From assembly GCA_025361085.1 (NCBI GenBank), contig JANYAX010000018.1, positions 1 through 57,856 on the forward strand: DNA of 57,856 nucleotides, in the 5' to 3' direction. The position numbers and the translations under genes are program-made. The notes beneath the pieces are model-generated. The model ran no database searches. It had not been told where the DNA came from and saw nothing but the letters and a program-made list of their open reading frames with translations. Shown piece by piece: positions 48,285-57,855 of this stretch. Source of the DNA: Candidatus Nomurabacteria bacterium. GTDB lineage: Bacteria > Patescibacteriota > Minisyncoccia > Phycocordibacterales > UBA9973. Position 1 is the first letter of the stretch, and each line of letters opens with the position of its first letter.

Positions 48285-49916
48285 ATGAAAAACAGAAATA
48301 AAATTATAATATTATCACTAATAATTTTAATAATAGTTTTGGCTATTGGTGTTTTCTCTCCTAAAAATAATTTAGTCATAAACCCTTACGACCAGACTGC
48401 CCAAGTTGCAAACCCTATGACCGAAACTCCCAAAACAAAAACAACGACTCTTTTCTTTGTCGGAGATATAATGTTGACTCGTGGAGTAAAGAGTTCAGTT
48501 GATAAAAATTTTGGCGGTGATTACAGTCGAATGTTTGAAAACCTCGCGCCACTAAAAGACGCAGATATCTTATTTGGCAATTTAGAAGGAGATGTTTCAG
48601 ACGTTGGAAATAATGTAGGAAGTAAATATTCTTTCCGAATGGATCCCACAATTTTACCAGCACTAAAAGACGCTGGTTTTGATATCGTAGGTTTTGCAAA
48701 TAATCATGTCGGGGATTGGAATATAAGTGCATTTAAAGATACACTTTCACGACTCTCTGAAATCGGAATTTTAAAAAGCGGTGCTGGGATCAATAAAAGC
48801 GATGCCGAAAACCCAACTATCATAGAAAAAAATGAAACAAAATTCGGCTTCTTAAGTTTTACTGATGTCGGACCAAATTGGCTCGAGGCCAAAACCGAAA
48901 CTCCCGGAATACTTCTCGCAAGCGACCCGAATTTTAGCAACATTATTCAAAACGCAAAAACAAAATGCGACATACTTATCGTTACATTCCATTTTGGCGT
49001 TGAATACAAACTAATTCACAATCAGAGACAAGAAGATCTAGCCCACACTGCTATAGACAGTGGCGCCGACATGATCATTGGGGGGCACCCACACGTGATG
49101 GAAGATATTGGAGAATATAGAGGAAAGCCAATCGTTTATTCACTTGGTAATTTTATTTTTGACCAATATTTTTCAAAAGATACAATGCGCGGTATGCTTT
49201 ACAGCGCCGAATTTGACGGAACAAAATTAATAAAAACAGATCAAAAAATTATTACACTTAATACTAAATATCAACCCGAAGGAATTTTCACGACAGAAGA
49301 AATAAGAAACAGAAATGAAGGACTATCATCAAACTGCCCTATACCTAAAAAAGATTACGATGATATGTCATCACTTAATATCGGTCAAAATGTTGAGCTA
49401 CCAGATGACACTTACATACCAAAAGATCTGAGAGAGCTTGATGCAAGTTACAGGACAAAAGAAGATATTTGTCTTGCCGAAAATGTCAGAGATGCATTTG
49501 AAGAGATGGCTAATGCCGCAAAAAAAAGTAACCTCACGATAAAAGTAAGTTCTGGATTCAGAGATTATAATTCTCAAAAAGATTTGTTCGCAAATGCTTT
49601 GCAAGAAAGTGGAGGAGAAACATCAATAACCGTAGCCAGACCAAGACACTCCGAACACCAATTAGGAACCGCGATAGATATCACAGGGGCAACAATAAAT
49701 TTTGATTCCGCTGTTGGTAAATTTGATAAAACTCTTGAGGACACATGGCTAAAAGAAAATTCATATTTATATGGTTTTATTCAAAGTTATCCAAAAGATA
49801 AAGTTGATATTACAGGATATATGTATGAGCCATGGCATTATCGCTATTTGGGAATTGAAAAAGCAAAAGAAATATACGATTCTGGTTTGACAATCGCTGA
49901 ATATTTAAATAATTAA
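48285..49916 (+). CDS. CapA/PGA_cap metallophosphatase-like domain fused to VanY-type (M15) D,D-carboxypeptidase
   Basis: VGDIM, NLE, ANNH, HFG.E, G.HPHV, YSLGNF.F; then SGFR, SEHQLG.AID, EPWH. Confidence 0.9.
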   Translation: MKNRNKIIILSLIILIIVLAIGVFSPKNNLVINPYDQTAQVANPMTETPKTKTTTLFFVGDIMLTRGVKSSVDKNFGGDYSRMFENLAPLKDADILFGNLEGDVSDVGNNVGSKYSFRMDPTILPALKDAGFDIVGFANNHVGDWNISAFKDTLSRLSEIGILKSGAGINKSDAENPTIIEKNETKFGFLSFTDVGPNWLEAKTETPGILLASDPNFSNIIQNAKTKCDILIVTFHFGVEYKLIHNQRQEDLAHTAIDSGADMIIGGHPHVMEDIGEYRGKPIVYSLGNFIFDQYFSKDTMRGMLYSAEFDGTKLIKTDQKIITLNTKYQPEGIFTTEEIRNRNEGLSSNCPIPKKDYDDMSSLNIGQNVELPDDTYIPKDLRELDASYRTKEDICLAENVRDAFEEMANAAKKSNLTIKVSSGFRDYNSQKDLFANALQESGGETSITVARPRHSEHQLGTAIDITGATINFDSAVGKFDKTLEDTWLKENSYLYGFIQSYPKDKVDITGYMYEPWHYRYLGIEKAKEIYDSGLTIAEYLNN

Positions 49917-49967
49917 TTCAAACAATAATGGCCGATGTGATGAATCACAACGGCCATATCTAATACT

Positions 49968-50360
49968 TTACACAAATGGTATAATCTTTTTCCCATCTTT
50001 AGTGATTATCCCTTCAATATTGAAGAAGAAATTAATCTCTTCTTCAATGTTTTCCCTCTTGAATAGGGAAACAAAGTACATGTTTTCTTTGAGAACATAA
50101 AGGTACCCAATTTCACCTGATTTTGTCTTAACTCTGGCGAAGTACATGGGTTCATCTGCGCGATAAACGAAATTGGTGCGAACTTTTTCTACGCACATAG
50201 TGTCAAAGGAACCAATACCTCTGCCAAAGCCTATCTGCAAAATCTCTATCCCTTCATTTAACTCAGGGAATAGCTGAGTTGCCTGTTGGAATTTGTTGCA
50301 AATGATTCTATGGAACATAGCATCATAAACAGAAACCAAAAATCTAAAAAATTTTTTCAT
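49968..50360 (-). CDS. Hypothetical protein (130 aa)
   Basis: ORF with upstream TTGACT-N17-TTTAAT and downstream hairpin. Confidence 0.6.
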   Translation of the reverse strand: MKKFFRFLVSVYDAMFHRIICNKFQQATQLFPELNEGIEILQIGFGRGIGSFDTMCVEKVRTNFVYRADEPMYFARVKTKSGEIGYLYVLKENMYFVSLFKRENIEEEINFFFNIEGIITKDGKKIIPFV

Positions 50361-50480
50361 AGTCAGAATGTTTTTTGTTCAACTTTATTTTCATATATTA
50401 AATCATATAATAACATTAAAGTCAATGTTTACGTAGCTGGTCTCAACTTTCTCATCATAAAACAAAAGTTGAATAAAAAA

Positions 50481-50501
50481 GGCCGTCGCTTCGCGACGGC
50501 C
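50481..50501 (-). terminator. Intrinsic terminator for 50529-51623
   Basis: GGCCGTCGC-GAA-GCGACGGCC followed by T6 on the minus strand. Confidence 0.8.
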
Positions 50502-50528
50502 TCACTTTAATTGCAGTGGAACATACCA

Positions 50529-51623
50529 CTATTCTTTTTCCTTATCAGCGTCTTTTTTGACCGGCTGATTTTTTGTTTCGAAAGTACTCTCAACCTTGAA
50601 GTGACCATCGGGCCAGCTCTCAGATACGATAGTGCCTTTATGTGCGACCTGTGTCTGCAAAAACTGCTCCATGACAGCAGCGTGGTCAGAATTAACAGTT
50701 GCCATATCACTCTCTCCTACTGGCCCTTGAGGTTTTGGAGTTGGAGCAACTTCCGGTTTGATCGATTCAGAAACCACTTCGGTGATAGCTTTAACTGGCG
50801 CGACAGGAGCAGAAGATTGTCCTCCTTCTTCACCAAAATTAATCGGCGATTCAGAAAAGATTATCCCCGTAAGAAATGAATTCCTTGCACGAGCGGAGTT
50901 GCCGCAGGCCTGAAGGAAATATTCCTTGGTCCAAGTTAAGCCATTATCCGTGCTCACTTTTCCTTTGAATCCAGGAGTATTTCTGAAAGCTAAGTTCTGG
51001 TGAGTTCCATTGGCAAACCCAATGCGAGCAGTTTTGCCTTGGGGAGTGCTAAGAAATCCGGGTTTGATGTCCTTAACAAGGACATTCTGCCCAGGGTGTA
51101 ATTCACGGAAATGCCTTTCAGCATCCGAAACAGAATTAACTCCACCCGGAACCATTGGATTCCCAGCAGTGGTTGGATCAACAATCTTTCTACCGGCTAA
51201 TCTCTGGTTTGACCATTTAGTAAGTTCTAAAGCTACAAAATAAACAATTATAAAAAATGCTAATGTAGCAAGAACTAACCACCATGGAAAACTTTTTTTC
51301 TCAGGTTTTTCAACCGGAGGTTGAGGTTTTACCGGATCTACAACAGGCCCATGTTTCTGCTGAAGTTTCCCCAGCTTATCACGAACAATTTTCCACTGGT
51401 TGTCACCATACTCCACAGTAATGGTTTCGGTTGTACCATCGGTGAAGGAATAGGTCAGGGCTTGTCCCGGGAAAATTAAATCCGGGTTTGTAATCCCAAC
51501 CTTTTGCTGAAATTCAGCTGATCGCTGGATCATTTGCATGATCTCGGGGTTCGACATGCGCTGACCGAAAGCCAGCACAGCGCTCATGACAAGCGCCACG
51601 AAGAGAAAAGAAAACTTTTTCAT
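50529..51623 (-). CDS. Exported/membrane protein with LysM-like N-terminal segment
   Basis: Signal peptide MKKFSFLFVALVMSAVLAFGQ, NPDLIFPGQ.L and TV..GD..W, Pro-rich linker, TM helix. Confidence 0.75.
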   Translation of the reverse strand: MKKFSFLFVALVMSAVLAFGQRMSNPEIMQMIQRSAEFQQKVGITNPDLIFPGQALTYSFTDGTTETITVEYGDNQWKIVRDKLGKLQQKHGPVVDPVKPQPPVEKPEKKSFPWWLVLATLAFFIIVYFVALELTKWSNQRLAGRKIVDPTTAGNPMVPGGVNSVSDAERHFRELHPGQNVLVKDIKPGFLSTPQGKTARIGFANGTHQNLAFRNTPGFKGKVSTDNGLTWTKEYFLQACGNSARARNSFLTGIIFSESPINFGEEGGQSSAPVAPVKAITEVVSESIKPEVAPTPKPQGPVGESDMATVNSDHAAVMEQFLQTQVAHKGTIVSESWPDGHFKVESTFETKNQPVKKDADKEKE

Positions 51624-51768
51624 GATATGAAAAGTTATTAAAGAACGTTTTGATCTGCGTTCAATCACGAAAGTTTTTTATTGTTTAATTTAGTAGGAGT
51701 AAGAACCCTACAGGAATTAAACATTTCAATTACTAAGTCGTTTCGAATCAACAAATCAAATACATTAT

Positions 51769-51798
51769 ATTATATCACACTTATACCCTATTTGTCAA
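51769..51798 (-). promoter_or_regulatory. Sigma70-type promoter for 50529-51623
   Basis: TTGACA-N18-TATAAT with extended TG. Confidence 0.6.
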
Positions 51799-51809
51799 TA
51801 GCACAAAAT

Positions 51810-51838
51810 CCCAGATAGTGGCAAGGCCACTATCTGGG
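51810..51838. repeat. Palindromic repeat/terminator, copy 1
   Basis: CCCAGATAGTGGC-AAG-GCCACTATCTGGG identical to 57827-57855. Confidence 0.85.
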
Positions 51839-51858
51839 AAAGGGTTATAAAATAAGAG

Positions 51859-54129
51859 TTATTTCGCGTAAGCGGTGGCGTCTTCGAGATGGATGGAAAG
51901 AAGTTTCGATGCCCCTTCGGAACTCATAGTAACACCATAGAGAACTTGTGCTCGCGACATCGTCTCACGGTTGTGAGTGACAACGATAAGCTGTGAGAAT
52001 TTTGAAAGGTTCTCGAGCATGTTGCCATATTTTCGAGAATTGGCTTCATCGAGTGCAGCATCGGTCTCATCGAGAACTAAAAATGGTGGAGGGTTAACTT
52101 GCGATATTGAAAAAAGAAGTGCAATAGAAGTTAGTGACCTTTCCCCTCCTGAGAGCATGTGTAAGTCTTTGACTTTCTTGTGAGGGAGGTTCACGTTTAT
52201 TTCTATTCCTCTTTCAAAACCAATTTCATTTTCTTCTTCATCTTCTCCCTCCTCACCCTCATCTTCAATTGACTCATCATTTTTCTTTGGTTTTTTATGT
52301 TCCATCGTAATAGCTAGGAAGGCTCCCCCACCACCGAACATAAGAGCAAAAAATTCTTGGAATTGTTTGTTGATCTTCTCTACTCCGACTTTAAATTCAG
52401 TGTCGAGTTTTTCTTTCAATTCTTGTATTAAAATATGGCAGTCTTTTATACTCTTGTTGAGGTCATCGATTTCTTTTGCCAAAAAGGCATCACGATCTTC
52501 AGTCTCTTGGAATTCTTTCATGACATCGTTACCACTTCCACTTCCGGCATCTTCAATCTTTATCTTTATTCTCTCAATCTTGCGACGAATTTCTTCTTGA
52601 GAAGATCGGACAATTTCTCCTTCAAACCTCTCCTGCGCAAAAGATATTATTTCTCTTCCGATCATGACGCCAGCTTCAGCAAGCTCCATCTCGAAAGCAT
52701 TTTTTATTAATGAAAGTTTTTCTTCTTCAAATTTCAAAGAGTGTATCTCTGAAGTGACTTCATTCTTCTCTCTGAGAAGCTCATACAAGACTCTTTCACT
52801 GTCACGAAAAGATGCCATACTTTCAGCCTCTTTCTGCTTTAAATTTGAGATAATATCTAAATATTTCTTTTCTTCTTGTTGTATTTTTTCTATCTCATTC
52901 AAAATGCCATTTTGAGCTTCAACCATTTCTTTATATTCAGCGTTATCTTCTATCTTGGTATTTTCTTGTTCACCAACCTCTTTGTTTTCATAAAGCTCGC
53001 CAAGTTTTATTTTAATATTTTTTAGAGCTTCTACGATATTGGGCAGATCTTCTATTTTAATAGCCTCATCAATGCGAGTCGAAATATCAAGAATAAAAGT
53101 CTTCCATTCTACTTCGCTGATAACTTTATTCTTAACTTCTTTTACTTTTGAAAATTGGTGCTCTATACCCTCGATGATTCCTTCTATGCGTCCTAACTTT
53201 CTGACAAGTTCATTCTTGTCGCTTCGAAGGACCGATATTTTATTTTCATTTTCTTTTATTTCCCCTGCAAAAATATTCTCATGTTGATTCTCACCATTTT
53301 GTTTTTGTAATTCCCCTATTTTTGAATCGAGAGCTGAACCTTTGCTTTCTAATGATTTTCGCAGATCGCCTAAACGTTTTGATTCATTCTCTATATAAGT
53401 TCCCTCTTTACCCAAATATGTTTTATAAAAGTTGCGAAGTTCTTCTCTCATTTCTCGAGCTTTCTCAACTACTTGCACTTGCTTCTTCAAAAATGCTAAA
53501 TGCGGGGCAATCTCGCGACGAAGAGCTTGAACTTCTTTGATATTCAAAAATGTTTTTTCAAGTTTTCTCTCAGATTCTTTGATTCTGAATTGATATACTT
53601 TGAGCCCCAATGCATCTTCGATCATTCCTCTACGCTCTTTATTTGAAGCATTCAAAACTCTATCGGCTTCACCTTGAGAGATGATGTGATGTCCCGAACT
53701 CCCGATATTGACCGAGGCCAACAAATCAACCACGTCTTTAAGACGCACTTCAGTACGATTGATAGAATATTTATTTGAACCATCAGCAAATACTTCACGG
53801 CCGATTATAATTTCATCGTAATCAAGCGATACACCAAGACCACTATTTGTAAAAGAAAAAATTTTATCTTTATTGTCAAAAGTGATCAATACTTGCGCGC
53901 GACTAGAAGATGATATACCTTTTGAACCTTTAAATATCAGGTCTACTCCGCCCTTTCCGCGAAGTGACTTCATAGATTGCTCGCCGAGAACGAAACGAAT
54001 TGCCTCTACGATGTTTGATTTACCTGATCCATTGGGTCCAACAATAGAAGTAATCGACGTGGTAAAATCTACAACGCTTTTTCTTCCAAATGATTTAAAT
54101 CCTGTTAACTCGATAGATTTGAGAGTCAT
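51859..54129 (-). CDS. smc: SMC-family ATPase, short form without a recognisable hinge
   Basis: GFKSF, GPNGSGKSN, Q-loop ISQG, LSGGE, LDETDAALDEAN, VTH. Confidence 0.9.
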   Translation of the reverse strand: MTLKSIELTGFKSFGRKSVVDFTTSITSIVGPNGSGKSNIVEAIRFVLGEQSMKSLRGKGGVDLIFKGSKGISSSSRAQVLITFDNKDKIFSFTNSGLGVSLDYDEIIIGREVFADGSNKYSINRTEVRLKDVVDLLASVNIGSSGHHIISQGEADRVLNASNKERRGMIEDALGLKVYQFRIKESERKLEKTFLNIKEVQALRREIAPHLAFLKKQVQVVEKAREMREELRNFYKTYLGKEGTYIENESKRLGDLRKSLESKGSALDSKIGELQKQNGENQHENIFAGEIKENENKISVLRSDKNELVRKLGRIEGIIEGIEHQFSKVKEVKNKVISEVEWKTFILDISTRIDEAIKIEDLPNIVEALKNIKIKLGELYENKEVGEQENTKIEDNAEYKEMVEAQNGILNEIEKIQQEEKKYLDIISNLKQKEAESMASFRDSERVLYELLREKNEVTSEIHSLKFEEEKLSLIKNAFEMELAEAGVMIGREIISFAQERFEGEIVRSSQEEIRRKIERIKIKIEDAGSGSGNDVMKEFQETEDRDAFLAKEIDDLNKSIKDCHILIQELKEKLDTEFKVGVEKINKQFQEFFALMFGGGGAFLAITMEHKKPKKNDESIEDEGEEGEDEEENEIGFERGIEINVNLPHKKVKDLHMLSGGERSLTSIALLFSISQVNPPPFLVLDETDAALDEANSRKYGNMLENLSKFSQLIVVTHNRETMSRAQVLYGVTMSSEGASKLLSIHLEDATAYAK

Positions 54130-54131
54130 TT

Positions 54132-54827
54132 TTAATCAAGCCAATCTTTAACTTCTAATGCTTTATGTGCAGCAACCTGTTCTGCCTCCTGTTTTGATTT
54201 ACCTTTCCCCTCAGCGATACACTCATCACCAAAAAATATTCCAATAGTAAAATGTTTGTCGTGGTCAGGACCAACTTCATGCAAAACTTTATATGACGGA
54301 GTTACATTTAAATATTCTTGGGATTTCTCTTGGACAAGACTCTTAGAATCACGCCACAATTTCTTAGCAACGATAGTATCGATCTTTCCAAATAAAGTTT
54401 TAGCAATAAAATCTTTCGCAATATCATAACCACGATCAAGATACACCGCCCCGACATATGCTTCGTAAGTATTGGCAAGGATATAACTTCGAGCCTTACC
54501 GACATCTTTCGCCTCACCTTTTGATAAAAGTAAATAATCATTCATGCCAAGAGCAAGTGCCACTTCACCAACGATGACAGCATTCACAAGAGCAGAACGA
54601 TAAGCAGTGAGACTCCCTTCATCGTGATCAGGATATTTTGAATATAAATAATCGGTGATAATGAGTTCGAGAACTGCATCTCCTAAAAATTCTAAGCGTT
54701 CGTTGTGAGATAATTTTGAACCTGTATTTTCGTTAATATACGAACGATGAATAAAAGCTTGTTCAAGCAGCTTTTTATCATTAAAAACAACTTTGGTCTT
54801 TTTTTCAAATTGTGAGAAGTCTATCAT
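54132..54827 (-). CDS. rnc: Ribonuclease III
   Basis: NERLEFLGDAVL, dsRBD GKSKQEAEQ.AA. Confidence 0.97.
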   Translation of the reverse strand: MIDFSQFEKKTKVVFNDKKLLEQAFIHRSYINENTGSKLSHNERLEFLGDAVLELIITDYLYSKYPDHDEGSLTAYRSALVNAVIVGEVALALGMNDYLLLSKGEAKDVGKARSYILANTYEAYVGAVYLDRGYDIAKDFIAKTLFGKIDTIVAKKLWRDSKSLVQEKSQEYLNVTPSYKVLHEVGPDHDKHFTIGIFFGDECIAEGKGKSKQEAEQVAAHKALEVKDWLD

Positions 54828-54842
54828 ATGTTATGTGCATTT

Positions 54843-55739
54843 TTACTTTGTTAATATCTCTATTGCTTTGGTCAAAAGAGGAATCATGTTGTCGTACATT
54901 TTAAGATTGGGGATTTCATCCAATTTAAACCATTTAGCATCGTCTAACCCTCCAGTTCCTTTTTCAAGAGTGATATCGGTAAACTTCGACTCAGCCAAAA
55001 AGAAAACAACTTGTTTTCTGATTTTACCTTTCTCGGGATGACAAGCAATATATTCATTGCGACCAAGTAATTCTTTTATTTCTATATCAAGATCCATTTC
55101 TTCTTTTATCTCCCGTATTGCTCCTTGTTTTTCATCCTCTCCATCTTCAATACTACCTTTAGACAACGTCCAATAACCAAAAACGTCATGTACGAAGGCA
55201 AAATATATTTCATTGTTGTCATAAGCATATACGACAGCTCCAGCTTTTTTCTCTATTGGAAATTTGGCTGGATCAGTTTCAAAATGTTTATTTTTCTTGC
55301 TGACTTCATCTTTACCAGGTTCACCTATTTCTTTATAAACACCACCGAGAACACCATTGATGAATTTACTAGAATTTTCTCCACCGAAACTTTTCGCAAG
55401 TTCAATCGCTTCATTTATGGCAACTTTGGGGGGCACTTGAGTTCTGTCACTAAATAAAAGTTCATAAAGCCCTATTCGAAGAATATTTCTATCGACAATA
55501 GAAATCTTTTCAATTGGCCAATCGGGTGCCGCTTTTTCTATTATTTCATCTATTATAGCTTTCTTCTTTACCACACCAAGAAATAACTCGGACATAAAAT
55601 CAGAGTCATCGAGCCCAGGACCGAATTCTTCAATATTACGCTCAAGCATCTCTTCGGGCTCCGAGTCTTTTGAGACAGCAAAATCCCACTCGAAGAGTGT
55701 CTGAAGAACAATTGAACGTGAAAGGTGCCTGTTTGCCAT
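54843..55739 (-). CDS. nusB: NusB fused to a C-terminal NUDIX domain
   Basis: DRNILR, INEAIELAK.FG...S.KFINGVL; then KG.IEDGE....GAIREIKEE. Confidence 0.93.
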   Translation of the reverse strand: MANRHLSRSIVLQTLFEWDFAVSKDSEPEEMLERNIEEFGPGLDDSDFMSELFLGVVKKKAIIDEIIEKAAPDWPIEKISIVDRNILRIGLYELLFSDRTQVPPKVAINEAIELAKSFGGENSSKFINGVLGGVYKEIGEPGKDEVSKKNKHFETDPAKFPIEKKAGAVVYAYDNNEIYFAFVHDVFGYWTLSKGSIEDGEDEKQGAIREIKEEMDLDIEIKELLGRNEYIACHPEKGKIRKQVVFFLAESKFTDITLEKGTGGLDDAKWFKLDEIPNLKMYDNMIPLLTKAIEILTK

Positions 55740-55815
55740 AAAATTAGGTTCTAGTAGCTAGTTTCTAGTGAATAGTTTAATAAAAAACCAGAACCTAATC
55801 ACCAGAAATTAGAAA

Positions 55816-56025
55816 CTATTTTTTCTTTTTAGCTTGCTTCTTTTCAACTTTTTTAACCACATCGAGAACTTTACGTCCACGATAGAAACCACAGTGTTTA
55901 CAAACTATGTGAGTCTCTTTCTTCTCACCACAGTTTGAACATGTAGTAAAAACAAGCGCTTTAAGCGCATGATGTGATCTTCGGTTCCCTGTGTGGGAAC
56001 GCGTATGTCTCATTCGTACTACCAT
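55816..56025 (-). CDS. rpmF: 50S ribosomal protein L32
   Basis: RRSHHAL, CSNCG, H.VC..CGFY.G. Confidence 0.95.
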   Translation of the reverse strand: MVVRMRHTRSHTGNRRSHHALKALVFTTCSNCGEKKETHIVCKHCGFYRGRKVLDVVKKVEKKQAKKKK

Positions 56026-56079
56026 ATGAATAGTATAGCTATTTTTACTAAAAATGCAAATATGCTATGATATCTTAGT

Positions 56080-57816
56080 ATGAATAACATAGAACACATT
56101 CGTCATTCACTAGCCCATTTACTTGGAGCATCTATAATGGAACTTTACCCAGGTTCAAAGATTACTCTTGGCCCAGCCGTAGATAATGGTTTTTATTATG
56201 ATGTAGATATTGAAGGTAAAATCTCAGACACTGACCTAGAAAAAATCGAAGCCAAAATGAAAGAATTACAAAAAATTTGGTCCTCTTTTGAAAAAAAGGT
56301 TTTAACAAAAGACGAAGCGCTAAAAATATTTGCTGGTAATACTTACAAAGAAGAATTAATAAATGAAATTGTGAAAAAAGGAGAAGAAATTACTGCATAT
56401 AAATCTGGCGAATTTATTGATCTTTGCCGAGGTGGGCATATAAATGATATGGGAAATATCAAAGATGGCTCATTTAAACTAGACCGCATAGCTGGAGCAT
56501 ACTGGCGTGGAGATGAGAAAAATAAAATGCTTACTCGAGTATATGGGTTGGCATTTGAGACAAAAGAAGAATTAGATGCTTATATTTACCAACAAGAAGA
56601 AGCTAAAAAAAGAGACCATCGAAAGATTGGGGCTGAACTGAAGCTATTTACTTTATCTTCTCTTATCGGTTCAGGACTTCCACTTTTGCAACCAAAAGGA
56701 ATGATTATTCGAAAAGAAATCGAAAATTTTCTTTGGGATTTGCATAAGAAAAAAGGATACAGTCAGGTTTGGACTCCACACATAACAAAAAAAGAACTAT
56801 ACGAAACTTCTGGGCATGCGGCTAAATTCGGAGAAGAACTTTTCCGAGTAAAAGGTGGTGATGAAGAATTCTATATGAAGCCTATGAATTGCCCACACCA
56901 TATGCAGATATTTGCTGATAACCAATTCTCGTATCGTGATATGCCAGTAAGATACTTTGAACCTGCAACTGTATATCGATACGAAAAAGCGGGTCAACTT
57001 TCAGGGTTAACACGTGTTCGTGCTATCACTCAAGATGATGGTCATTTATTCTGCCGAGTATCACAAATAGGTGAAGAAGTGAGCACAATCGTTTCAATTA
57101 TAAAATCATTTTACGAAACAATGGGAATGATAAAGGGATACTGGGTTAGATTTTCAGTACGCGGAGATGATAAAAGTAAATATTTAGGAAGTGATGAAGT
57201 CTGGGATAAAGCTGAAAATGCACTCGAAACTGCAGCAAAAGAAAATGAATTAAATTATAAAATTGGAAAAGATGAAGCTGCTTTCTACGGGCCTAAACTC
57301 GATTTCATGTTTAAAGATGCAATAGGACGTGAATGGCAATTAGCAACGATACAATGTGATTTTAATCTACCTGAAAGATTTGAATTAAAATTTGTTAATG
57401 AACAAGGCCAAGAAGAAAGACCTGTTGTTATACACCGTGCGGTATCTGGCTCTCTTGAAAGATTTATGGGTGTAATGATTGAACATTTCGCAGGAGCATT
57501 TCCTCTCTGGCTTTCACCTGTACAGGTTATAATCTTACCAATTTCAGAACATCAAAAAGAATATGCTGATAATATTTATAAAAAATTAAAAGAGCAAGAT
57601 ATCAGAGTCGAACTTGATGACTCAAATGAATCTCTCGGTAAAAGAATTCGTAATGCAAAGATGCAAAAAGTACCATATATGATAGTGATCGGTGATAAAG
57701 AAAAAGAAGCTGGAACGATAACAGTCGAAGGACGCACTGAAAAACTAGAAGGTGTTACCGTAGAAAAATTCGTAGAAAAATTAGAGAAAGAAATAAAAGG
57801 AAGAACACTGAATTAA
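56080..57816 (+). CDS. thrS: Threonine--tRNA ligase (no N-terminal TGS domain)
   Basis: RHSLAH, DLCRGGH, RDHRKIG, KPMNCP, FYGPKLD, HRA..GSLERF. Confidence 0.98.
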   Translation: MNNIEHIRHSLAHLLGASIMELYPGSKITLGPAVDNGFYYDVDIEGKISDTDLEKIEAKMKELQKIWSSFEKKVLTKDEALKIFAGNTYKEELINEIVKKGEEITAYKSGEFIDLCRGGHINDMGNIKDGSFKLDRIAGAYWRGDEKNKMLTRVYGLAFETKEELDAYIYQQEEAKKRDHRKIGAELKLFTLSSLIGSGLPLLQPKGMIIRKEIENFLWDLHKKKGYSQVWTPHITKKELYETSGHAAKFGEELFRVKGGDEEFYMKPMNCPHHMQIFADNQFSYRDMPVRYFEPATVYRYEKAGQLSGLTRVRAITQDDGHLFCRVSQIGEEVSTIVSIIKSFYETMGMIKGYWVRFSVRGDDKSKYLGSDEVWDKAENALETAAKENELNYKIGKDEAAFYGPKLDFMFKDAIGREWQLATIQCDFNLPERFELKFVNEQGQEERPVVIHRAVSGSLERFMGVMIEHFAGAFPLWLSPVQVIILPISEHQKEYADNIYKKLKEQDIRVELDDSNESLGKRIRNAKMQKVPYMIVIGDKEKEAGTITVEGRTEKLEGVTVEKFVEKLEKEIKGRTLN

Positions 57817-57826
57817 ATAAAAATCC

Positions 57827-57855
57827 CCCAGATAGTGGCAAGGCCACTATCTGGG
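57827..57855. repeat. Palindromic repeat/terminator, copy 2
   Basis: Identical to 51810-51838. Confidence 0.85.

Noticed and set aside
56080-57816. Truncated ThrRS as a pseudogene
   Set aside because: Editing, catalytic and anticodon domains are intact with a promoter directly upstream; TGS-less forms are known
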